Numbered from the stretch's first letter, positions 29,001 to 38,619 are shown. The stretch: 59,475 nucleotides of DNA from an uncultured Lachnospiraceae bacterium (GCA_964623895.1 CAZUWA010000003.1:1-59475); one strand, 5' to 3'. Notes: a model not told the origin generated them from the sequence alone. Made by a program: numbers and translations.

Positions 29001-32000
29001 GATGTCTATACAAATGGAAGAACGATACGGCGGCATTTGGGGAAAATCTGAAAGTTGCTATTTTCAATTTGACGGATCAATGAATTACCAATACCGTGCA
29101 TTCGGTTCCCCCGTGCTGGCACTCGACAAAGAAGCCAAACAACACGATGTCATCTCCCCCTATTCCTCTTTTTTGATGTTTGCACTGGAGAATCATTACC
29201 CACTCAATAATCTCAAACACCTTGAAAAAGCAGGCGCATACGGCAGGTACGGCTTTTATGATGCCGTTGATTTCACACCTTCTCGCGTCGGCAAAGGATA
29301 CGCAGTCATTCGCTGCTATATGTCACATCACATCGGTATGAGTTTGATCGCCGCGGACAACGCTCTTACAAACGGCATTTTTAGAAAGCGCGTCATGTCC
29401 GATCCGGATATTGCGGCAGTTGGCGAACTGCTGACCGAACGTATTCCCGCAGATACACCGAAGGCACAGATCATTTCAAGAGAAAACAGCCGTGCTTTCC
29501 GCATTGAATTTCCTTCGATCGGGGAACACCTGCATCAAAATGAGTGGAGGCATTCACAGTTTGCACTCATTAGAGGAACAAAAATGTCAGTGATCGTATC
29601 CGAGGACGGTTATGTTGGGCTTTGCTGCAAGAACCGATTGATCACCCCACCATACACTGCAAAAGAACGCTTTCAGATCCGTTATACAAAACAAAACGGC
29701 ACGCAAGATGTGCTACTAAAAAACAGTCGCCTATTCTGCAAAGAAGAACAGATCCGCCTTGAAAACGAAGAGTGCTTGCTGATCTTCGGCAGATCCGGCG
29801 GAAGCATTACTATGAATATTCAAATGAAAAAAGCCGAAGAGGGCGAATCTGTCGAGATCGAAACTCCGATTCTTCTTTGCAGTGAAAATGAATACCAGAC
29901 ACATCCCGCTTTTCAACAACTTTCTGTTGAAGCGGAATATCTTGATCATACACTGATCTTTTCAAAACGATCCGGTAGTAAAAATCAGGATGTCTGTTCA
30001 TTTTCCTGCACTGCAAGCAGCGAAAACATTCTATACCGCACATCTGCCGACCAAGAGCTTTCAATTCCGCACGACCGCACCTTCTGTAGGGCTCCGAAGT
30101 TAACCGTATCGGAGAGAATCACTACAACAGGACCATATACAATCTCCTTCCGATTTGCACTTGCCGAAAATAAAAGTGAGATCAAAAAAATTCTTTATGA
30201 AAAAGAGGAGAGCAGGAAGACCTGTAAGGCAAACAAAGAGGAATACGCACTGATCGATTACAGCGCATTGCTGTTAAAGGTTGTACTGTCAAAAGGACGC
30301 TTAAAAAAAGAAACAGAAGGATATCGAATAGAAGAACTTTGGCGATACGGAATTTCAGGAGATTACCCGATCATTCTCTTGCGTATTAACGAACAGAGAC
30401 CATCAGAACGGCTGTTAAAGATGGTGTCACGCCTTGTACGAACACAGTACCGTCTCTATTGCGCGGGTATCAAGAGCGATCTGGTATTTCTATGCAAAGA
30501 ACAGGAGCATTATTTTCATCCCATGAAAAATGCCCTGATGAACACGATCAAAGACGGGTGCGGCAGTGCGATCTACAAAAAAGACGGAGGGGTGCACCTT
30601 ATTCAGGATGCACACGCAAATGAACTTCTCCTCGCCTTCGCGCATGCCTTTGCGGTACTGGATGAAGACAGTATTTTTGAACGAGTCGCAAAAGAACTTG
30701 AAAGCCATTTGGAAGATCGGTTCTTTCCGGAAGGACCTTTGAAAGTATCTGAGCGGACATTTCAAATGAATGATCGGAGTGTCACATTGACCGGAGGAGA
30801 AAAAAACGATATTCCCTGGTCATATATCTATTGCAACAGAGAATTCGGAACACTGTTGACCGATAAAAGCCTCGGGTTCACATGGTACAGAAATGCGGGA
30901 GAACTGCGCCTAACGCCTTTTTCGGGAAAAGAAGAGGAAACACCCGTGGGAGAACTTCTTCTCTGGAAATACCAAGGCGAGAGCATTGATCTTATCAAAA
31001 ACGCGGACAGTGTCACCTTTTATGCAGATCATGCAGTTTACAACGGTAAACTCCGTGAGATCAATTATCAAATCTCGGTAACAGTCGATCAAAATCTTGA
31101 CGTAAAAGTGGTCATGGCTGCATTCTTCAATCACGGAGAAAAATGTGAACCGACAGTGGAATATCGTCTGCGTCCCTGTATACACCGTTTGGATGACGGA
31201 AAAGTTTCAAAAAAGCAGATCGAAGATACCCTCTTTTACAGCCGCACCGTTTTTTATAATAACATGCGCGTGACCGCATATCTTACCGAACCGGAAAAGC
31301 GCATAACGATCAAAAAAGGGGAAAGAAAAGAGATCTTCTTTCTCTTCGGATGCTATGAACAGGGCAAAGATCGGAATTACTATCAAGTCAGAAAAGAATT
31401 TGCAACACTCTCTCTTGTAAAAAAAGCGATGGATCCTCACCCTGTTGAAAGTGTTTTTAGAGTAGAAAGCGGAATGCCCGAAATTGATCTTTTCTTTAAT
31501 CATTATCTAATTGAACAGATCAAAAAAAGCAGACTGTACGGACGAACAGGTTACAGTCAGCCGGGCGGCGCATACGGCTTTCGCGATCAGCTTCAAGATG
31601 CCGTAAATCTCTTAAGCGTTGATGAAAGCATTCTTTATAAACAGATTCTTCTCGCAGCCGAGCATCAATTCACAAAAGGGGATGTACAACATTGGTGGCA
31701 TCCTCTTGACGAAGATCAGCTTTTGGGAGATGCAGGTGTGCGTACGGAATGCTCGGATGACCTTCTCTTTTTGGTGTACTGTTGTGCGGAATATCTTGAA
31801 AAAACGGGTATGACCGAGATTCTTGACGAAATGATCGGATACCTTGAAGCGCCACCGCTAAAAGAAGGAGAAGAGCGCTTTGAACGCCCACTGAGATCGC
31901 AGAAAAAAGAATCGCTATACCTTCATTGTGTACGTGCGCTTGATTTGGCATTGGACCGTCGAAGTGACACAGGACTGGCATTCATCGGAAGTTGCGATTG

Positions 32001-32910
32001 GAACGATGGATTCTCGGCAATTCGCGGAACAAGTGTGTGGCTGACACAATTTCTCTGCTTGACACTCCAAAAATTTCTGCCTTATTGCAAAAAAGAAGAA
32101 AAAATACGCTATACAAGTGAGTTACCAAAATTAAGGGAGGCGATTGAAAAAGAATTTTGTGAGAACCGATATCTGCGTGCATATTTTTCAAACGGTGAAC
32201 CACTTGGAAAGGAGAGTTGTGCTTACTGCAAAATTGACCTTTTGTCTCAAGCGTTTGCGGTCTTCATCGAAAAAAACGCTCGTTCTGCAATTGCCATGAA
32301 CACGGCATATCAAAAACTTTTTGACGAAGAACTGCTACTTTTCCGCCTGTTTGCACCGGCTTACGATCATGAGGAAAATTTCCCCGGATATCTCGGCGGA
32401 TACTGCCCGGGGTTCAGAGAGAACGGCGGACAATATACCCATGCTGCTATCTGGGGCGCAAAAGCTTTGTTCATGCTTAATGAGAACGAAAAAGCAATGA
32501 AGGTCTTACTCGGTTCCAACCCACTCTACCGACAAAAAAGGTGGGGAAAGCAGTATGCGCTTGAACCGTATTCGATTGCCGGCGACATTTACTATGCAAA
32601 AGGAGAAAAGGGACGCGGTGGTTGGAGTCAGTACACCGGTGCCGCCGGTTGGTACTATTCCGTTCTCTTGGAGGATCTGATCGGCTACAATCAATCGGAA
32701 AAATACTTCACGCTTTCTCCTCATCTCTCTAAAACACTGCCTTGTCTTCGCTTTTTTATCAACAAAAGAGACACCCAATACACAATCGAAATGTCACTGG
32801 GTGAAAAAAACATCCTTCTTTTGGATGAAAGACCCGCAGAAAACCGATTTTTCTTTGACAAAGGACGGCATATTATCAAATTAGTTCTTGCAAAATCGCA
32901 AAATATGTAG
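26023..32910 (+). CDS. giant membrane multidomain glucan synthase/phosphorylase, cyclic beta-1,2-glucan synthase (Cgs/NdvB)-like: GT-A domain + TM bundle + glucoamylase-like (alpha/alpha)6 domain + GH94-type phosphorylase domain
   Basis: The GT motifs are LTLDADT (DxD), SHDILEG and QHRWLRGD (QxxRW). TM clusters lie at about aa 185-235 and 560-740. The middle domain contains AHRTSPTNIGLYLSS. The GH94-like block contains GISGDYPIILL, RLTPF, YGFRDQLQD, CDWNDGFS and GGQYTHAAIW. Confidence 0.8.
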   Translation: MNLRTIYKKVKKHPEIADNTILCAALYAASENKALKNTACKDLILAFSEHLLKKDTLNDCEEYLSSYFSKKPPSDKLLHLSRDCLLAGLLYYLSLENADFSPAHSIFLKIDRCDYDALFKRYSEVHRILCGRNCFHYRITDEEGQRYIRELVYRYAQSHRITEKNAAGLLTEEDLRFKRQRIKYFYGGLLIFLTALFWTFLILYCGVLPFLFLAIPGFMLAYEIIQIVASFFLKTAPVLKIKKNSEEATVLTVITSILTSEKDADKLVKKLYKMRRMNRNGAHLFGLLLDFPEGTQPEFDGEKALIDYLVKKINELNKKENCFLLFIRKRSYLSKEQKYLGWERKRGALIQLARLSRGMDENAFSALIADPNKLKSAKYILTLDADTELRFDAVDCMMRAMLHPYNKPIVKNGIVISGYGILQPRIVTGVDSFGRSPFSVLFSGSGGIDSYQNTVFDFYQCVFGKTAFCGKGIFDIDVFLETVDGKFPENRILSHDILEGTRMRCGAMTELALTDSTPATALSYYKRQHRWLRGDYQNILFLLPRLPDGTVNPIDKVSLFMLFMNVIRGITPIFSLASLFFATPMTESKCFVFLTFSFSYMLFPLLYTVLRTARYIGRQFYSPALQNVWQSVCQTAFTLSALSFTSFLSADALIKALYRSLISEKKLLEWVTADQSERKNKNKKGAALLGIYFKKTFLSTTVGLLMLFFSHGGFIRMFGLSFVLFPLVSYLISRPFKQREPTFKDQTTVLRYAKDSFNFFDQFVTEKERYLPPDNFQEIPDETIAHRTSPTNIGLYLSSLVVAYDLGFIREKELLRRLSLTIDSTLSLPKYSGHLYNWYNTQTGEILGTPYISSVDSGNFVISLIAVKEAIKDLPDSAHLVKKIEQMICDTNFSFLYDPKKKLLSIGYDPIKEERSENCYDLYASEARSSYIFAIAKGQIPIESWAKLFRPITVKNGYIGILSWSGTAFEYFMPSLFFPIYRNTLQYELLCFAMSIQMEERYGGIWGKSESCYFQFDGSMNYQYRAFGSPVLALDKEAKQHDVISPYSSFLMFALENHYPLNNLKHLEKAGAYGRYGFYDAVDFTPSRVGKGYAVIRCYMSHHIGMSLIAADNALTNGIFRKRVMSDPDIAAVGELLTERIPADTPKAQIISRENSRAFRIEFPSIGEHLHQNEWRHSQFALIRGTKMSVIVSEDGYVGLCCKNRLITPPYTAKERFQIRYTKQNGTQDVLLKNSRLFCKEEQIRLENEECLLIFGRSGGSITMNIQMKKAEEGESVEIETPILLCSENEYQTHPAFQQLSVEAEYLDHTLIFSKRSGSKNQDVCSFSCTASSENILYRTSADQELSIPHDRTFCRAPKLTVSERITTTGPYTISFRFALAENKSEIKKILYEKEESRKTCKANKEEYALIDYSALLLKVVLSKGRLKKETEGYRIEELWRYGISGDYPIILLRINEQRPSERLLKMVSRLVRTQYRLYCAGIKSDLVFLCKEQEHYFHPMKNALMNTIKDGCGSAIYKKDGGVHLIQDAHANELLLAFAHAFAVLDEDSIFERVAKELESHLEDRFFPEGPLKVSERTFQMNDRSVTLTGGEKNDIPWSYIYCNREFGTLLTDKSLGFTWYRNAGELRLTPFSGKEEETPVGELLLWKYQGESIDLIKNADSVTFYADHAVYNGKLREINYQISVTVDQNLDVKVVMAAFFNHGEKCEPTVEYRLRPCIHRLDDGKVSKKQIEDTLFYSRTVFYNNMRVTAYLTEPEKRITIKKGERKEIFFLFGCYEQGKDRNYYQVRKEFATLSLVKKAMDPHPVESVFRVESGMPEIDLFFNHYLIEQIKKSRLYGRTGYSQPGGAYGFRDQLQDAVNLLSVDESILYKQILLAAEHQFTKGDVQHWWHPLDEDQLLGDAGVRTECSDDLLFLVYCCAEYLEKTGMTEILDEMIGYLEAPPLKEGEERFERPLRSQKKESLYLHCVRALDLALDRRSDTGLAFIGSCDWNDGFSAIRGTSVWLTQFLCLTLQKFLPYCKKEEKIRYTSELPKLREAIEKEFCENRYLRAYFSNGEPLGKESCAYCKIDLLSQAFAVFIEKNARSAIAMNTAYQKLFDEELLLFRLFAPAYDHEENFPGYLGGYCPGFRENGGQYTHAAIWGAKALFMLNENEKAMKVLLGSNPLYRQKRWGKQYALEPYSIAGDIYYAKGEKGRGGWSQYTGAAGWYYSVLLEDLIGYNQSEKYFTLSPHLSKTLPCLRFFINKRDTQYTIEMSLGEKNILLLDERPAENRFFFDKGRHIIKLVLAKSQNM

Positions 32911-32973
32911 TATAATAACAAACAGCGATTTATTTTCGATCAAAATAATACACGACACAAGGAGAAAGAAGAA

Positions 32974-34251
32974 ATGTCCGATTTTCAGGTCTATCCGGGA
33001 ATTCGTCTTCACTATTTTAGGGAAGAACGTTTCAAAAATGACTATCTTTCGGTCAATTTTCTTCTTCCTCCTTCTGTATATGATCCGGCGCATGCTGCAT
33101 TATTGGCACCGGTACTCCGACTCGGAACCAAAAAACATCCTGATTTTGCATCACTTAACAGAGCTGCGGAAGAAGCATACGATGCGTCTCTTGCCATCAA
33201 ACCATACAGAAAATACGGAGTTTCCGTTCAACCCTTTTCGATCGTCTATTTAAACGAGCGATTTCTGCCGATCAACGAGAAAGTCAGGGAATCCGCATTC
33301 GATCTGCTTTTTGAAGTCATGCTTGATCCGCTCGTCAAGCGCGGTGCATTCAAAAAAGAGATTGTAGACAACGAGCGAAAAAATCTCATTGATGCCATGA
33401 AGGCTGAAAAAAACAACAAACCTCGGTATGCATTGCGACAATGTCTCAAAATGCTCTGCCCTGATGATTTTTTTGCGCACAGTGATGCCGAAAAATTCGC
33501 AGAACTACGAAGGGTCACCCCGACCTCCCTTTACCGTTACTACAAGGATGTCATCAACAAGTCCACGATTGAGATCTTCTATTTCGGTAGCACAGACGAA
33601 GAGATCATCAAAGCAGAACTGTCCGCACGCTTAGCACCGCTGTTTGGGGATAGAACGCCGTTTTCTGTTTCTTGCGTTAAAAATCATTCCGAGACTTTTG
33701 TAGAAAAGTCAGAAAGAACCGATGCCGCACAATCGGTTCTTGTCATGGGATACCGTACAGACATTCTGCCTGATTCATCTCTTTATCCTGCGCAGCTCCT
33801 GTTCAAAGAGCTTCTTGCCGACGCACCTACCAGCCTACTCTTTATGAATGTGCGCGAAAAAGAAAGTCTGTGCTACTTTTGCAGCAGCTATGCCGAGCCG
33901 GCATCTGGATTGTTCCTGCTTTACAGCGGAATAGACCGCAAGAACAGATCAATCACAGAAAATGCGATTGCAAGGCAGATCACGGCAGTCAAGAAAGGCG
34001 AATTCTCGCTCGAACAGTTGGAAGGTGCGAGAAAATCAAAAATCGGCACATTGCGCGAGATTGCAGATAGCCCCGGGTATACGGAAAGTTGGCAGATCTC
34101 CTCCCTTTTGATCGGTAAAAAACAGTCTCCGGAAGAAATGATCGACTTACTAATGCATGTCCGTAAAGAGGACATCATGGAAGTTGCCTCCCATTTAAGT
34201 CCGGCATGTACATTCTTTTTGGAAGGAACACAAAGGAACCGCTATGCTTGA
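32974..34251 (+). CDS. M16-family peptidase-like protein, non-catalytic subunit (no HxxEH)
   Basis: It has the size and architecture of the insulinase family, but no HxxEH motif is visible. It overlaps the next M16 gene by 8 nt. Confidence 0.75.
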   Translation: MSDFQVYPGIRLHYFREERFKNDYLSVNFLLPPSVYDPAHAALLAPVLRLGTKKHPDFASLNRAAEEAYDASLAIKPYRKYGVSVQPFSIVYLNERFLPINEKVRESAFDLLFEVMLDPLVKRGAFKKEIVDNERKNLIDAMKAEKNNKPRYALRQCLKMLCPDDFFAHSDAEKFAELRRVTPTSLYRYYKDVINKSTIEIFYFGSTDEEIIKAELSARLAPLFGDRTPFSVSCVKNHSETFVEKSERTDAAQSVLVMGYRTDILPDSSLYPAQLLFKELLADAPTSLLFMNVREKESLCYFCSSYAEPASGLFLLYSGIDRKNRSITENAIARQITAVKKGEFSLEQLEGARKSKIGTLREIADSPGYTESWQISSLLIGKKQSPEEMIDLLMHVRKEDIMEVASHLSPACTFFLEGTQRNRYA

Positions 34252-35548
34252 ACATTTTATTCCGCTAATGGATGAGCACTATCATTCGTTTGTACACAAA
34301 AGCGGTCTGCGCGTCCTCATTTCGCATAAAAAATTCAATACCTCTTTTGCTATTCTCGGTGTTGGCTTCGGATCAGCTTATGAGGAGTGTTGCCTAAACG
34401 GTAACACACACTCTTTTCCCGCAGGCACCGCTCATTTTCTTGAGCATAAACTGTTTGAAAACGAAGACGGCGAGGACACTTTCCTGAAACTTTCCAGAAC
34501 TGGCGCCAACGCAAATGCATACACCGCACCCGACAAAACCTGCTACCTTTTTTCCGCCTCCGAACAGTTGCACGAATCTCTTGAGATCCTGCTTCAATCG
34601 GTCTTGCACCCCTATTTCACAGAAAAGAATGTCAAAAAAGAAACAGGGATCATTGCTGAAGAGATCAAGATGTACAAAGACGACCCGGCAGATGCCCTGT
34701 ATCACACGTTGCTTCGCTGTATGTATCAAAACAATCCCATAAAAAAAGACATCTGCGGCAGTATTTCTTCCGTCAAATCGATCACACCAAAGGTCTTATA
34801 TGAGGCTTATTGGCATTTCTATACTCCTGAAAATATGGTCTTATCCCTTTGTGGGCAATTTGAGGAAGACCGGGTCGTTGAGATTTTAAACAGTATGTTC
34901 CCTGCCGTTTCAAAGAGTCGGCAAAAGCCGATGATCCTTTTGCGCGACGACCATCCATCGTGCTGCTTCAAGCGTTTTGCAACCATCAGAAGAGATATTC
35001 CCACCCCCTCTGTCGCGTGCGGGATCAAAGCAGGGCAATTCTTTGAGGATCCCGCATCGCAGTTCCGCCGTTTTTGTGCGCTCAATGTCATTGCTCATGC
35101 GCTGTTTTCCCCGTCCGGTCGCTTGGTCTCTGATCTTTTGAAAGACAATATCGTTCCCGATGAGCCGGATTATGAGATCGTACACAATCGCGTCTGCTCA
35201 CATATCATTTTTGCCAGTTACAGTTACGATCACCTGCTACTTAAAAAGCGGTTAAAGACGCGTATTGCAGAAGTTGCCGAATTTGGGGTGAGTGAAGAAG
35301 AATTTCAGCGCGCAAAGCGAGTGTTATATGCCGATTTTGCGGATAATTTCAATTCAGCGGAAGAATGTGCAACCAATCTGATGTCCGATACCCTTGAAGA
35401 GTTGGATACAGACACCATGGGGGAAATGATCTTCAACCTCAAGCGCACAGATGTCAACACAACCGTGAAAGAAGTGCTGAGTCAAGAATCTGTTGCGATC
35501 GCCACTTCTCTTCCAAAGCAAACAAAGAAAGGAGTCTACTATGTTTGA
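34244..35548 (+). CDS. M16-family zinc metallopeptidase, catalytic subunit
   Basis: The inverted zincin motif HFLEH is followed by a downstream E (ENEDGED region). It is 434 aa long. Confidence 0.82.
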   Translation: MLEHFIPLMDEHYHSFVHKSGLRVLISHKKFNTSFAILGVGFGSAYEECCLNGNTHSFPAGTAHFLEHKLFENEDGEDTFLKLSRTGANANAYTAPDKTCYLFSASEQLHESLEILLQSVLHPYFTEKNVKKETGIIAEEIKMYKDDPADALYHTLLRCMYQNNPIKKDICGSISSVKSITPKVLYEAYWHFYTPENMVLSLCGQFEEDRVVEILNSMFPAVSKSRQKPMILLRDDHPSCCFKRFATIRRDIPTPSVACGIKAGQFFEDPASQFRRFCALNVIAHALFSPSGRLVSDLLKDNIVPDEPDYEIVHNRVCSHIIFASYSYDHLLLKKRLKTRIAEVAEFGVSEEEFQRAKRVLYADFADNFNSAEECATNLMSDTLEELDTDTMGEMIFNLKRTDVNTTVKEVLSQESVAIATSLPKQTKKGVYYV

Positions 35549-36485
35549 AGCAATTATTACATTTCTTGAAAAGATCGGTCTCATCTTTGATCCGGTGGGA
35601 AGCATCCACTTCGCTAGCTACGGAGAGCCGTTTTATATCTCCTTTGAGGGACTGGGGATCGGACAGTTCAAAATGAATCCTGTTGCCATTCCCATTGGAA
35701 ACGGCATTCGTTGGTATGGAATCATCATTGTTATCGGTATCATTTTAGCATTCTTGTACGTTTCCAAAAGGGCTACGGCAATCGGATACAAATTTGACGA
35801 TCTTCTTGATTTTGTTCTGGTCGTTGTTCCCTGTGGCGTACTGGGCGCAAGACTGTATGAAGTCTTCATGGGAGATGGCTATAACTGGTCCAACTGGTAC
35901 CGCATTTGGGATGGAGGGCTCGCAATCTACGGCGCAGTAATTGCCGGAGCACTTGCCATCGTCGCTGTCGGTATCTACAAAAAAGTACGTATTTTAAGGC
36001 TGATGGACTGCACCGCACCAGCTGTCATGATCGCACAGGCGATCGGCAGATGGGGAAATTTTTGCAACGGTGAGGTATTTGGCAGGGAAACCGACAGTTT
36101 TTTGCGTATGGGACTTTCAAGCATCGAAGGCGGATCGCAGGTTTTTGTCCATCCGACATTCCTTTATGAATCTCTTTGGAATATTCTCGGATTCATTTTG
36201 ATCAACATTTTCTTTAAAAAGAAAAAATTTGATGGGCAGATCGTATTGGAATATTTTGCGTGGTACGGTTTGGGCAGATTTTTTATCGAAAATCTGCGAG
36301 ACGGCGGATTGCCGCTTCATTTGTTCGGCTATGATTTCCGCGTTTCTTCTGTTGTGGCACTACTCAGTTTTACCGTTTCAACCGTCCTGTTTATCGTATT
36401 TATCTCTAAAAAGAGATCGGATAAATTGGACCTTCCCTGCTATTACCAAAAAACGGAATTGACAAAAGGGGAGGAGAGCCTGTGA
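35541..36485 (+). CDS. lgt: prolipoprotein diacylglyceryl transferase
   Basis: Contains IRWYG and the Lgt signature GRWGNFCNGEVFG, with a multi-TM topology. The ATG at 35541 has AAGGAG 6 nt upstream and overlaps the M16 stop by 8 nt. Confidence 0.9.
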   Translation: MFEAIITFLEKIGLIFDPVGSIHFASYGEPFYISFEGLGIGQFKMNPVAIPIGNGIRWYGIIIVIGIILAFLYVSKRATAIGYKFDDLLDFVLVVVPCGVLGARLYEVFMGDGYNWSNWYRIWDGGLAIYGAVIAGALAIVAVGIYKKVRILRLMDCTAPAVMIAQAIGRWGNFCNGEVFGRETDSFLRMGLSSIEGGSQVFVHPTFLYESLWNILGFILINIFFKKKKFDGQIVLEYFAWYGLGRFFIENLRDGGLPLHLFGYDFRVSSVVALLSFTVSTVLFIVFISKKRSDKLDLPCYYQKTELTKGEESL

Positions 36486-37354
36486 CCGATAATAGCGCAA
36501 CAATCATCGACGGCAAAGCGCTTGCCAAAACCATTCGCAGCGAGATTTCGGCAGAATCCGACCGTTTTTTTCAAAAAAACGGTCGCGCCCCCGGACTCGC
36601 TGTCATCATTGTCGGAGAAGATCCCGCATCGAAAATTTATGTACGCAACAAGCATAAGGCTTGCGCCGAATGCGGCTTTTACTCAGAGGTCATTGAGTTG
36701 CCGGAAAGCACAGCCGAAAATCGATTGATCGACAAAATCGAAGAACTCAATGCGCGCCCTGAAATTGACGGCATTTTGGTACAACTACCCCTTCCCACGC
36801 ATATTGACAGTAAAAAAATCATCAACACCATACGTCCAGACAAAGATGTGGACGGATTTCATCCCATCAATGTCGGTAAACTTCTGACCGGCAATTATGT
36901 ACTGACGCCCTGCACGCCTGCAGGCGTGATCGAGATGCTTCATCGATATGGTGTGCGTATCGAAGGCAAGAAATGCGTGGTAGTGGGCAGAAGCAACATC
37001 GTCGGCAAGCCGATGTCTATCCTGCTCATGCAGGAAAACGGCACAGTGACCGTCTGTCACTCAAAAACAATTGATTTGAAGAACGAATGTTTGACCGCCG
37101 ATATTTTGATCGTCGCCGTCGGGCACGCACACCTTATTACCGCGGATATGATCAAGCCCGGAGCGGTCGTCATTGATGTCGGCGTCAATCGTTGTGAAAA
37201 CGGCACTCTTTGCGGCGATGTATGCTTTGAGGAAGCGAAATCCGTCGCTTCTATCATTTCCCCAGTTCCCGGAGGGGTCGGACCAATGACCATCACGATG
37301 TTAATGAAAAACACTCTTGTGGCAGCAATAAACAGAACTTTTGGCAAGGAATAA
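36482..37354 (+). CDS. folD: bifunctional methylenetetrahydrofolate dehydrogenase / methenyl-THF cyclohydrolase
   Basis: Contains YVRNKHKA, VGRSNIVGKPM and PVPGGVGPMT. The GTG start overlaps the lgt stop. Confidence 0.95.
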   Translation: MTDNSATIIDGKALAKTIRSEISAESDRFFQKNGRAPGLAVIIVGEDPASKIYVRNKHKACAECGFYSEVIELPESTAENRLIDKIEELNARPEIDGILVQLPLPTHIDSKKIINTIRPDKDVDGFHPINVGKLLTGNYVLTPCTPAGVIEMLHRYGVRIEGKKCVVVGRSNIVGKPMSILLMQENGTVTVCHSKTIDLKNECLTADILIVAVGHAHLITADMIKPGAVVIDVGVNRCENGTLCGDVCFEEAKSVASIISPVPGGVGPMTITMLMKNTLVAAINRTFGKE

Positions 37355-37355
37355 C

Positions 37356-38354
37356 ATGGAAAATAAAAAACGAATTCCGCTATGGTCTACACTTTTGATC
37401 GATCTTCTGTGTTTTTTGCTTCTTGCGGGAACACTTGCAGGCTATTTCCTGCTACTTCCGCGCACGGCAGTCGGAGAAGAACTAAATAATACCATGCCGC
37501 TCAAGACCTTTTCCCTTCCGGTAGGTGAAGGAGAATACAAAGCTTTGGAACAACTGGTCTTGAACCAAAAGAGCGGGGATTATCACCGTGAGATCCTTGA
37601 AAGCTATACAGATCCCGAAAAGCAATTGGTCATAACAAAAAACGAAGTCGGCACAGAAAACGAAAAGGTCACATGGTATGCAGTCGATGTCTATGTCACT
37701 GACATTACCGTTATTTCCACATATGTTTCGGTGGATGACAACGGCGAGATCGTCAACAAATCCGTTTTGAAGCAAGCTGAAGAATGCGATGCGCTCCTTG
37801 CTCTCACGGGGGATACTTTTTCAATGTCTCAGGACGGCATTATCGTGCGAAACGGATTACTTTACCGTAGCGACGTCCGCACCGCAAACGATATTTGTTT
37901 GCTCTCAATGGACGGAAGCATGCAGGTATACCGCTCGAAACAACTTTATACCATTGCCGATCTTGAAAAGAAAGGCGCATGGCAAGTCTTTACTTTCGGA
38001 CCTTCCCTGTTAGATGAAAACGGAGAACCAAAAGAAGAGTTCAATATTGCCGCTTCCCACCTTTCCGATCTTAGTTTTGAGCATCCGCGTACCGCCATGG
38101 GCATGGTCGAACCGGGACACTTTGTGTTCGTTTTGGTCGATGGAAGAGATGAGGGCTATTCGCGTGGCGCAACCTTTCCCGAACTTGCAAAGATCATGAA
38201 AAATGAAGGTTGCAGTGTTGCATATAATCTTGACGGCGGTCGCTCTGCCGTTATGACATATGAGGGCAAGTGGGTCAATCAACCGTACAAAAACGGCCGC
38301 GGAATCAGTGATATCATCTATCTTGCCAAATACAAGAAAGGAGAAGACAAATGA
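37356..38354 (+). CDS. membrane-anchored phosphodiester glycosidase family protein (DUF2233/NAGPA-like)
   Basis: An N-terminal TM helix and a C-terminal block (RTAMGM...FVLVDGR...LDGGRSAVM) typical of this family. Confidence 0.65.
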   Translation: MENKKRIPLWSTLLIDLLCFLLLAGTLAGYFLLLPRTAVGEELNNTMPLKTFSLPVGEGEYKALEQLVLNQKSGDYHREILESYTDPEKQLVITKNEVGTENEKVTWYAVDVYVTDITVISTYVSVDDNGEIVNKSVLKQAEECDALLALTGDTFSMSQDGIIVRNGLLYRSDVRTANDICLLSMDGSMQVYRSKQLYTIADLEKKGAWQVFTFGPSLLDENGEPKEEFNIAASHLSDLSFEHPRTAMGMVEPGHFVFVLVDGRDEGYSRGATFPELAKIMKNEGCSVAYNLDGGRSAVMTYEGKWVNQPYKNGRGISDIIYLAKYKKGEDK

Positions 38355-38569
38355 ATCGTTTCTTAAAATATTTCAAGTTGATCTTCCCACACTACTTATT
38401 GGTCGTATCCGCAACGCTGATCACGCAATGGATCTTGACACTGTTCAACCCCAATCTCGGACTTTTGAGTATGAACAATATCGTAGTGTGCATTGAATTC
38501 ATTCTGCATTTTGTCATCTCGGCAGTTGGTGCAATTTTTTGGATCATCGACATTTATAGAAAAAAATAA
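38351..38569 (+). CDS. small hypothetical membrane protein (72 aa, 2 TM)
   Basis: Its ATG overlaps the preceding stop (ATGA), which suggests translational coupling. It has two hydrophobic helices. I recognised no family. Confidence 0.45.
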   Translation: MNRFLKYFKLIFPHYLLVVSATLITQWILTLFNPNLGLLSMNNIVVCIEFILHFVISAVGAIFWIIDIYRKK

Positions 38570-38590
38570 CAGAAAATTACCGTTGACATC

Positions 38591-38619
38591 TTGCAAAACA
38601 GAGCTGTTTTTGCTATAAT
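38591..38619 (+). promoter_or_regulatory. promoter TTGCAA-17-TGcTATAAT upstream of aspS
   Basis: Read directly. The leader is only about 50 nt long and contains a short hairpin, CTGTCC-gcac-GGACAG. Confidence 0.6.
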
